A stretch of 58,706 nucleotides of DNA from a virus (IMGVR_UViG_3300042889_000326:1-58706), one strand, 5' to 3'. Shown: positions 20,154 through 27,476, numbered from the stretch's first letter. Numbers and translations are program-made. Notes: generated by a model not told the origin, from the sequence alone.

Positions 20154-21206
20154 ATTAAAATCTGTCTACTTGGCGATGCCCACCTAGGAATTCAAAGTGC
20201 GAATCCTAACTTTATCTCATATTTTGATAAATTTTATACTAACGTCTTTATGCCATATCTAATCGATAATCACATCAAAACCGTGTTCCAACTAGGAGAT
20301 CTCTTTGATAAGAGACGTTCTATAGATTTTCTTTCGTTGGCTGAGAGCAAGAGGTTTCTATTCAAACCTTTGCAAAAAGCAGGAATTAATTTCCATACTA
20401 TTCTAGGTAACCATGATTTATATTACAGAGAATCCTTATCAATAAACTCAACAGGATTGTTGCTTGGCGAATTTGATAATATTCATATGTACGACAAACC
20501 AACTAAGGTTATGTTTGATGAAACGTCTATTGATGTTATACCTTGGATATGTAAAGAGAATGAATTAGATATATTTGAGTTTATGTGTGGTAGTAAATCT
20601 GATTTATGTTTTGGGCATTTTGCCATACTTGGTTTTAGTATGCAAAAGGGTATGAAATCACACGAAGGAATATCTACCGATCTATTTGCTAAGTATGAAA
20701 AGGTTTTCTCTGGTCATTTTCATACAAGGTCTGATAAAGAGAATATTCTTTATGTCGGAACACCATACGATAACACATATGCCGACTTGAACGACCCAAA
20801 AGGATTTCATATATTCGATACCGAAACTAGACAAACAGAATTCATTAAGAATCCATATACAATGTTTATCAGGCATGAATATGATGATGTAAAGAATGAT
20901 TATAATACTATAGATATGTCACAATTTCATCATAAGTATGTGAAAATTGTAGTTACTAATAAAACTGATTTTTATATGTTTGATAAGTTTTTGAAGAAAC
21001 TTTATGATGCAGATACATATGAAATAAAGATTCTAGAAGATCTATCAGACTTCTCAGAAGGTATTGTTGATACAGAAGAAGTTAGTATAGAAAACACTCT
21101 TGATGTACTTGAGCATTATGTTGATTCCGTGACTGATGAATCTAATCAAGAAAAGATTAAAACATTCATGAAAAGTTTATATTTAGAGGCACTTGAGATT
21201 CAATGA
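20154..21206 (+). CDS. gp47: Recombination nuclease subunit (Mre11/SbcD-like), probable ATT start
   Basis: AAGGAG-6 nt-ATT gives KICLLGDAHLG (motif I) in frame with GDLFD, GNHD, GHFH. Confidence 0.9.
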   Translation: MKICLLGDAHLGIQSANPNFISYFDKFYTNVFMPYLIDNHIKTVFQLGDLFDKRRSIDFLSLAESKRFLFKPLQKAGINFHTILGNHDLYYRESLSINSTGLLLGEFDNIHMYDKPTKVMFDETSIDVIPWICKENELDIFEFMCGSKSDLCFGHFAILGFSMQKGMKSHEGISTDLFAKYEKVFSGHFHTRSDKENILYVGTPYDNTYADLNDPKGFHIFDTETRQTEFIKNPYTMFIRHEYDDVKNDYNTIDMSQFHHKYVKIVVTNKTDFYMFDKFLKKLYDADTYEIKILEDLSDFSEGIVDTEEVSIENTLDVLEHYVDSVTDESNQEKIKTFMKSLYLEALEIQ

Positions 21207-21439
21207 TATTATTTAAGAATATTGAATATAAAAACTTCCTATCAACAGGTAATGTAACCAATAGAATTTCTCTTAATGAGAACAATACTACATTGCTAGT
21301 TGGTAAAAATGGTCACGGAAAGTGTGTTTGTATAAATACACCTATAAAGATCCAGAATAAAAAAACTGGAGAAATAATAGAAACTACTATAGGTGAACTT
21401 TATGCACAAGAGAAACAGAACAACGGAAGAAAAGATTGA
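21203..21439 (+). CDS. gp46: gp46 N-extein (40 aa) fused to a 38-aa split intein N-fragment
   Basis: YKNFLSTGN...GKNGHGK then CVCINTPIKI (intein block A from 21323). Confidence 0.9.
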   Translation: MILFKNIEYKNFLSTGNVTNRISLNENNTTLLVGKNGHGKCVCINTPIKIQNKKTGEIIETTIGELYAQEKQNNGRKD

Positions 21440-22454
21440 AGATTGTTTAGATAATGCTATTAGAAATCTGCATCCTAAATTTAGGGAAGATCTATATCAA
21501 GTATTATTAAATAATCCAGAGAAAGCAAAAAGTGTATCTAAGAGTAAACAATTTATATATACTTTATATAAGTTTCCAGAACTAGGTATATTTACTAAAG
21601 AATATTGGCTTGCAAGAGGTTGGAGTGAGAGTGAATCTAACTATAAATCTAAACAAAGTAACACTAGAAAGAAAGTTCCATCTCCGTTTTCTAAGGAATT
21701 TTGGTTAGAAAAGATAAACCCAAACACATACACTTTATATTCAGAAATAGAAGCGGATTATAAGAGAAATTCTCAAAGACCGATACGAAAAGAATATTGG
21801 TTAGAGCTAGGACACTCTGAGCAAGAATCTATAGAATTGGCATTGCAACAAAAAGTTAGTAATAATAATTCTGGTGCTATATCTAGTGGGTCAAAAGATG
21901 AAGATTTATATAAATCAGTGTCTCCTAGATGTAAAGAATATTATATGTTACGAGGATTTACAGAAGAAGAATCTATTGATAAAGTGTCTGACGCTCAAGC
22001 AACATTTTCTAAAAATAAATGTATAGAAAAATATGGAACAGAAGAGGGTACTAAAATATGGCAAGAGCGCCAAGATAACTGGCAGAAAACTTTGTCCTCT
22101 AAAACTGAGGAAGAACAGGATTATATAAACAGAAGTAAAGCAACCAAAATAAACTATAGAACATTATGGGATAAAGATTTAAATACGTCTGGAATTCTTT
22201 ATTTACTAAAAGTGTATAAAGATGAAGAAGTGTTTTATAAAATAGGGATAACAACTAAAACTATACGACAGAGATATAATGGTTACACAATAGGTGGTTA
22301 TGATTATGAAATTATTAAAACTGTTAGTGATACTATCCACAAATGTTTTTTAATGGAACAAGATATCATTAAGAGTAATAAATCTATTAGATATAACCCT
22401 AATGAAAAATTTGAAGGTTGGACGGAGTGTTTTATAAATGAGCCAGTTATCTGA
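21402..22454 (+). CDS. Free-standing endonuclease between the gp46 halves (repeats plus C-terminal GIY-YIG/T5orf172-like domain)
   Basis: KE(Y/F)WL repeats; LYLLKV..YKIGIT..RY..GWTECF; AGGTG RBS before ATG 21402. Confidence 0.75.
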   Translation: MHKRNRTTEEKIEDCLDNAIRNLHPKFREDLYQVLLNNPEKAKSVSKSKQFIYTLYKFPELGIFTKEYWLARGWSESESNYKSKQSNTRKKVPSPFSKEFWLEKINPNTYTLYSEIEADYKRNSQRPIRKEYWLELGHSEQESIELALQQKVSNNNSGAISSGSKDEDLYKSVSPRCKEYYMLRGFTEEESIDKVSDAQATFSKNKCIEKYGTEEGTKIWQERQDNWQKTLSSKTEEEQDYINRSKATKINYRTLWDKDLNTSGILYLLKVYKDEEVFYKIGITTKTIRQRYNGYTIGGYDYEIIKTVSDTIHKCFLMEQDIIKSNKSIRYNPNEKFEGWTECFINEPVI

Positions 22455-24405
22455 AATAACAAATCGTAAGTTTATTGAAAGTTTTGAAGTGAATGAATGG
22501 AATATTGAAACGGATAAGGGGTGGTCTCCAATTACCCATATTCATAAAACTATCCCTTATCAAGAATGGTTATTAGTTACTGAATCGGGGTTTAGGTTAG
22601 AATGTGCTGATACGCATATTGTTTTTGATGAAAACTTCGCTGAGTTATATGTAAAAGATTGTATACCATTTGTCACTAGAATTATAACTAAATCTGGAAT
22701 TGAAACAATTGTGGAGGTTTCTAATATAGAAACCAAATCTAGTATGTATGATTTAACTATCGATTCTAACGACCATAGATTTTATACTGGAAGAATATTA
22801 TCTCATAACTCAACTATAATAGATGCGTTAACTTTCTCTCTGTTTGGAAAACCATTTAGAAATATAAGCAAAAACCAATTGATCAATTCTATCAATGGAA
22901 AAGCTACTCTAGTAACAATAGAATTTGATGTTGCTGGAAGTTCTTATAAAGTTATAAGAGGAATCAAACCAAACATATTTGAAATATGGAAAAATGGTGA
23001 GATGATTAATCAGGATGCTTCTGTAAGAGATTATCAGACTGTACTTGAACAACAAATTCTGAAGATGAATTATCGGGCATTTACTCAAATAGTTATTCTA
23101 GGTGCCGCAACTTTTGTCCCATTCATGCAATTAACTGCATCCAATAGAAGAGAAGTTATTGAGGATATTCTAGATATTAGAATTTTCAGTAATATGAATA
23201 TCATTCTAAAAGATAAAATTCAAAGCACTAAGAAAGCTATAGATGCTATTGATACTAATATACTACTAGTTAAATCCACTGTAGAGAATCAAAAGAAGTT
23301 GATTGATACAATGATGGCTAGTAAACAATCTCATATTGAAAGTGTTCAAAGTAGAATTGATAACAACAAACAAGAGATAAAATTAACTAAAACAAAATCA
23401 TTAGATATCATTAAAACTATTAATGATTTACAACAGCAAATTGTTGATGGTGTTTCTATACAGGAAACTATTTCTTGTGCAAAGGGTATGATCAGAAATA
23501 TTGAACATAGCAATAGCATAACTAAGAAATCTCTAGGTTTTTTTGATACGAATGACAATTGTCCATCATGTGCACAAAATATTTCGCATGAACACAAAAC
23601 ATCAATAAGAGATATATTGCAGATAGATTATGATTTGAATTTAGTAGAACTAGAAGAGTTGCAACAAGAATTAGAAAGATGTAATATCCGTAAAGCTGAA
23701 ATTGATAACATCACCGCAGAAGTTCTTGATGCAAAGAAAGTTATACATGGACATAAGTTTACAATTCTAGCATTGGAACAACAAATTGTAAATCTTGAAG
23801 AAGATATAAAAAATGCATTAAAAGACCAAGGTAACATAGATCTAGAACGTGATAAGTTAAAAGCATATGCCTCTGAAGCAATAGAGAATATCAATGCTAA
23901 GACCTTGTTACAAGAGCAAAGGAGCATTGAAGATATTGCTTCAGTTCTTCTAAAAGATACAGGAATTAAAACTGCAGTTATCCGCGAATATCTTCCAGCA
24001 ATGAATACTCTTATAAATAGGTATCTAACTGCAATGGATTTTTATGTATCATTTGAACTAGATGAATCATTTAATGAATCTATCAAATCTAGATATAGAG
24101 ATAATTTTACTTATGCTAGTTTCTCGGAAGGTGAGAAGAAAAGATTAGATCTTGCTATACTATTTGCATGGAGAGAAATTGCTAGACTGAAGAATTCTGC
24201 TAACACTAATCTATTGGTATTGGATGAAGTTCTGGAGGGATCACTTGACATCAATGGTACAGACTATATAATGACATTGCTATCTTCATTAGGTGATGAT
24301 ATTAATGTTTTTGTCATCAGCCATAATGTTGATCAGATTCAGGATAAGTTTGATAAGATTCTAACTGTAGAAAAGAAACATGATTTCAGTGAAATAAAAG
24401 ATTGA
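22438..24405 (+). CDS. gp46: 124-aa split intein C-fragment fused to gp46 C-extein (Rad50/SbcC-like ATPase)
   Basis: ECADTH, MYDLT, SHN|STIIDAL; CPSC hook; FSEGEKKR; LLVLDE. Confidence 0.93.
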   Translation: MSQLSEITNRKFIESFEVNEWNIETDKGWSPITHIHKTIPYQEWLLVTESGFRLECADTHIVFDENFAELYVKDCIPFVTRIITKSGIETIVEVSNIETKSSMYDLTIDSNDHRFYTGRILSHNSTIIDALTFSLFGKPFRNISKNQLINSINGKATLVTIEFDVAGSSYKVIRGIKPNIFEIWKNGEMINQDASVRDYQTVLEQQILKMNYRAFTQIVILGAATFVPFMQLTASNRREVIEDILDIRIFSNMNIILKDKIQSTKKAIDAIDTNILLVKSTVENQKKLIDTMMASKQSHIESVQSRIDNNKQEIKLTKTKSLDIIKTINDLQQQIVDGVSIQETISCAKGMIRNIEHSNSITKKSLGFFDTNDNCPSCAQNISHEHKTSIRDILQIDYDLNLVELEELQQELERCNIRKAEIDNITAEVLDAKKVIHGHKFTILALEQQIVNLEEDIKNALKDQGNIDLERDKLKAYASEAIENINAKTLLQEQRSIEDIASVLLKDTGIKTAVIREYLPAMNTLINRYLTAMDFYVSFELDESFNESIKSRYRDNFTYASFSEGEKKRLDLAILFAWREIARLKNSANTNLLVLDEVLEGSLDINGTDYIMTLLSSLGDDINVFVISHNVDQIQDKFDKILTVEKKHDFSEIKD

Positions 24406-24430
24406 CAAAACCAAACCTCCATGCTATACT
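24402..24430 (+). promoter_or_regulatory. Sigma70-type promoter
   Basis: TTGACA-17-TATACT. Confidence 0.8.
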
Positions 24431-24457
24431 ATGTAATCATTGAATAGGAATTTAATT

Positions 24458-24613
24458 ATGAGAAAAAGAAATCCCAAGACCACAATTACTGGTCAAGCAA
24501 GAATCAAACCTTTGTCAATACCTCAACTGGAAAAATTGTTGGAAACAACTAAACGTCCAAGAGATAAAGATAAAGTAGTAAACCGTATTAAAATTTTGAA
24601 ATCAAGAGTATAA
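24458..24613 (+). CDS. Small basic hypothetical protein (51 aa, not in ORF track)
   Basis: AGGA RBS; MRKRNPKTT...KSRV. Confidence 0.65.
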   Translation: MRKRNPKTTITGQARIKPLSIPQLEKLLETTKRPRDKDKVVNRIKILKSRV

Positions 24614-24616
24614 GGT

Positions 24617-24805
24617 ATGAAAGCGACTGATAAGTTAAAAAAAGTAGATGATTCTCTGACTATTAATATGTATGATAATGGCTATATGGTTCAAATAACA
24701 GGTAGAGATTCTGAAGATGATTGGGTAACTTTGAAAATTATGTGTGATTCTTTAGAGAAAGTAAATGCTCTGGTAGCTGAAATTTCGGCATTACCAAGAG
24801 ATTAA
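24617..24805 (+). CDS. Hypothetical protein
   Basis: Packed ORF. Confidence 0.7.
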   Translation: MKATDKLKKVDDSLTINMYDNGYMVQITGRDSEDDWVTLKIMCDSLEKVNALVAEISALPRD

Positions 24806-24824
24806 TAATTAATTAGGAGTTAAA

Positions 24825-25058
24825 ATGAAAAAAGTATTATTAGCAACAATGGTTGCAATGTTAGTCGTAGGTTGTGCAAGCAATGGTGATGTTGCGGATC
24901 TTCAAGCTCAAGTAGATTTATTGAAAACTTCTACTGCTGCTCAGATTGAAGCATCTACAGTAAAAGCTGGTTCAATGTGTACTGCTCATTGTGACAAAAG
25001 TGATAAAGATATGAATGATAAATTGGATTCTTTGTTTAAGAAATCAATGACTAAATAG
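24825..25058 (+). CDS. OprI/Lpp-like outer-membrane lipoprotein
   Basis: Signal II with VVGC lipobox, helical body, C-terminal KLDSLFKKSMTK. Confidence 0.75.
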   Translation: MKKVLLATMVAMLVVGCASNGDVADLQAQVDLLKTSTAAQIEASTVKAGSMCTAHCDKSDKDMNDKLDSLFKKSMTK

Positions 25059-25172
25059 TGAATTTTCAATTTGTATAAATAGATGTAGTTAGGGAAATGT
25101 TACTAGCATTTCCCAACTCGGCTACGGATTAACCTAGCTGTCCTACACAAATCTATTTATACGGGTGTCAAA

Positions 25173-25838
25173 ATGTTTAAACCAACATATCTTTATGTTA
25201 AAACGCATAATATAACAAATTTAAAATATTTCGGTAAAACTACTGCAAAAGATCCATATTCATATAAAGGTTCTGGCAAATATTGGACTAGACATATCAA
25301 TAAGCATGGTTATGATGTTTCTACTGAAATCATAGGTTATTATAATGATGAGCAAGAATGTATGAATATCGCATTACAATTCAGTAATGATAACAATATA
25401 GTAAAATCTTCAGAATGGGCGAATCTTAAAGAAGAAACTTTAGATGGAGGATGGGATTATATTAACGATAACGGTAAAAATATTTACGGAAAAAATGGTC
25501 AATCTAGATATGGTTTAGAAAATTTAATAAAAAACACTTCACAATATATGAGAGATAATGGAAGATATGAAGAATATATAAAATCTATTTCTAATAGTTT
25601 AAAAGAAGGATATAGTTCAGGAAGATTGATTAATCATTTTAAAGGAAAAACTCATACTGATGTTACAAAAGCAAAAATAGGTGCTGCGAGTTCATTAAGA
25701 GAATCTGGAAAAGGAAATTCACAATATGGTACTATGTGGATTACTAATGGAAAGGAAAATAAAAAGATTAAAAAAGATTATATTATACTTGATGGATGGT
25801 ATAAAGGTAGAACAGTAAAAAGTGAGCAGTGCTCTTAG
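25173..25838 (+). CDS. GIY-YIG (Seg-like) homing endonuclease with NUMOD3-like motif
   Basis: YLYVKTH..KYFGKT..YKGSG; FKGKTHTDVTKAKI; MWITNG..GWYKGR. Confidence 0.85.
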   Translation: MFKPTYLYVKTHNITNLKYFGKTTAKDPYSYKGSGKYWTRHINKHGYDVSTEIIGYYNDEQECMNIALQFSNDNNIVKSSEWANLKEETLDGGWDYINDNGKNIYGKNGQSRYGLENLIKNTSQYMRDNGRYEEYIKSISNSLKEGYSSGRLINHFKGKTHTDVTKAKIGAASSLRESGKGNSQYGTMWITNGKENKKIKKDYIILDGWYKGRTVKSEQCS

Positions 25839-25917
25839 GTACTCTAATGGTAAGAGATTTGACTGTTAATCAAACGTATACAGAAATGTTATGGGGGTTC
25901 GAGTCCCTCCCTAAGAG
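25833..25917 (+). tRNA. tRNA-Asn(GTT) with long variable arm, no encoded CCA
   Basis: TCTTAGG/CCTAAGA, G73, TTTGA-CTGTTAA-TCAAA, GGGGG-TTCGAGT-CCCTC. Confidence 0.8.
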
Positions 25918-25937
25918 CACTGCTTATTTAAACAAAC

Positions 25938-26024
25938 TTCAAGGTAAAAACTTGAAAGAAAACACTTCAAATGTCGGGAGATACAATTTGAATAATGGTG
26001 CAGTAAAAGTCTGTGATATCTCCC
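25938..26024 (+). ncRNA. Pseudoknotted ncRNA family, copy A
   Basis: Same architecture as copies B-D, with compensatory CAG-TAAAAGT-CTG hairpin. Confidence 0.7.
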
Positions 26025-26046
26025 CCTAATTATTATAAAATAAGTC

Positions 26047-26099
26047 TTTACTTTTTGAAATAGTCGTAGTATAATAACTTATAAATTAAATTATTGAGA
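26047..26099 (+). promoter_or_regulatory. Early sigma70 promoter and leader, repeated at 56720
   Basis: TTTACT-17-TATAAT; 26070-26099 identical to 56720-56749. Confidence 0.8.
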
Positions 26100-26108
26100 G
26101 ATTATATT

Positions 26109-26273
26109 ATGAAAGAAGTGAAATATGCTTATAAGGTAATGTGGTATGACGATTCCTGGATGGAAGAACCAAGGGTGGTGACCACTTGTGAAGATGAACA
26201 GACAGCGTACAACTTCATAGAGTGGAAGTATGAATCCGAATTCCATTATATTGAAAGAGAAATTGTTGAATAG
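26109..26273 (+). CDS. Small acidic hypothetical protein (54 aa, not in ORF track)
   Basis: Follows promoter and GAGAG; MKEVKYAYKVMWYDD... Confidence 0.65.
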   Translation: MKEVKYAYKVMWYDDSWMEEPRVVTTCEDEQTAYNFIEWKYESEFHYIEREIVE

Positions 26274-26278
26274 ATTTA

Positions 26279-26365
26279 TCGTTTGTGAAGTTTTTAAACG
26301 AAAGTAAAACACTACGGTCTGGCATGGGACTGATAAATGGTGGGGTAAGAGTCCCTAAATATGTC
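26279..26365 (+). ncRNA. Pseudoknotted ncRNA family, copy B
   Basis: GGTGGGGTAAGAGTCCCT core at 26339-26356. Confidence 0.75.
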
Positions 26366-26384
26366 CCTAATTAAAAAGAATTAA

Positions 26385-26476
26385 TCGGAGTAATTTCCCG
26401 AAAAGTAAGCACTGCCAATAGTAGAAGGCGAATCTACTGGAACAACGGTGGGGTAAGAGTCCCTAAGTACGCGCTT
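26385..26476 (+). ncRNA. Pseudoknotted ncRNA family, copy C
   Basis: Core at 26447-26464. Confidence 0.75.
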
Positions 26477-26482
26477 AATTTT

Positions 26483-26561
26483 CGGAATGTAGCTCAGTTT
26501 GGTAGAGCAGTTTGTTAGTGATAACATTTAAGCATGAGTTCGAATCTCAGCGTTCCACACC
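26483..26561 (+). ncRNA. tRNA-like RNA lacking an anticodon loop
   Basis: Canonical D-arm and TTCGAAT T-arm; anticodon arm capped by GTGA tetraloop. Confidence 0.65.
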
Positions 26562-26564
26562 TAA

Positions 26565-26703
26565 TTATCCTTGTCGTCTAGTTGGTTAGGACAATCGTAT
26601 TGAGGAGCGTGGGTTCAAATCCCACTGTAGGTAAAATCTACATAGTCTAGTTGGTTAGGACACTCTAACAGAGAAACTTGGGTTCAACTCCCAACAAGAA
26701 TAA
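26565..26703 (+). ncRNA. Double tRNA-elbow RNA (D-T-closed stem-D-T)
   Basis: GTCTAGTTGGTTAGGACA at 26576 and 26645; two T-arms; outer closing stem. Confidence 0.7.
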
Positions 26704-26755
26704 CTTCAATGCCGAAAGATGGGACAACTGCGTAGCGGAAGTCAAAGACGGCACT

Positions 26756-27032
26756 TTATAAAGCACATTCATTGGCTATCAGACAATACTGGTATAATCC
26801 CTTGTAACATATTTGAGATATATGGGGAGGTCATTCTCGGAGTGTGCTTTATAAAACACATTCGCCCTTGATCAGGTTCAGCTGGATTGCTGAGTAAGTG
26901 CTGGTATGTACTATGCTTAACACGGTTCAATTCCGTGACAGAGTGTGTTTTATTAAACATATTAGTCGGGTTTATATAAATTCGCTTACTCGTTAAGAAT
27001 AGAGGCGACTAAAACTATTCTATAGTATGTTT
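26756..27032 (+). ncRNA. Tandem array of three stem-delimited RNA cassettes
   Basis: Related terminal inverted repeats at 26756-26854, 26851-26953, 26955-27032. Confidence 0.65.
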
Positions 27033-27043
27033 TATTAAATATT

Positions 27044-27119
27044 GCGGACGTAACTCAATTGGTAGAGTATCTGATTTCCAATCAGAATGTTGCTGGATCG
27101 TACCCAGTCGTCCGCTCCA
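27044..27119 (+). tRNA. tRNA-Gly(TCC)
   Basis: 76-nt cloverleaf, GCG start, U73, CCA; TCTGA-TTTCCAA-TCAGA. Confidence 0.92.
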
Positions 27120-27125
27120 ATTTAA

Positions 27126-27209
27126 TCGGAGTAATTACCCGAAAAGTAAACACTTCCAGTAGGTCGGTGCTGGAACAATGGTGGGGTAAGAGTCCCTGAA
27201 CTCCCGATC
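27126..27209 (+). ncRNA. Pseudoknotted ncRNA family, copy D
   Basis: Core at 27180-27197; 5' part nearly identical to copy C. Confidence 0.75.
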
Positions 27210-27218
27210 ACAATTTAT

Positions 27219-27294
27219 TGTTCCCTAGTGTAACTTGGTAGCACATCTCCCTTTGACGGAGCTAGTACAGATTCAAATTCTGTGGGAACTGCCA
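27219..27294 (+). tRNA. tRNA-Gln(TTG)
   Basis: 76-nt cloverleaf, CTTTGAC loop, G73, CCA. Confidence 0.9.
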
Positions 27295-27364
27295 AACTCA
27301 TCTACCAGTGGTAGAAGAAGAGGTTGCCGTATCGTCCGGCATCACAATAGACGACCATCATATC

Positions 27365-27440
27365 GGGGGTATAGCTCAGTTGAAAGAGCGGTGTAATAGC
27401 ATTACATAGGTCATAGGTTTAATCCCTATTATCTCCACCA
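27365..27440 (+). tRNA. Atypical tRNA-Ala(AGC)
   Basis: G3:U70, A73, CCA; loop ATAGCAT; D-loop lacks GG; T-loop TTTAATC. Confidence 0.65.
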
Positions 27441-27448
27441 AAAAAAGA

Positions 27449-27476
27449 TTGACATCCATCTAATATCAATTATAAT
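27449..27476 (+). promoter_or_regulatory. Sigma70-type promoter
   Basis: TTGACA-16-TATAAT. Confidence 0.75.

Noticed and set aside
26385-26476. Twister, pistol or theta ribozyme identity for the four-copy RNA
   Set aside because: TAAGCACTGCCAAT resembles a twister segment, but the conserved twister L4, the pistol GCG and the HDV-like nested double pseudoknot are not found across copies.
25829-26960. ORFs 25829-26029 (+), 26091-26312 (-) and 26769-26960 (-)
   Set aside because: They overlap tRNA/ncRNA structures or a better + strand ORF (26109-26273).
26279-27209. CRISPR array from the repeated GGTGGGGTAAGAGTCCCT or the hairpin array
   Set aside because: Spacing is irregular (108 and 733 nt), the intervening sequence is structured and partly homologous, and there are no cas genes.
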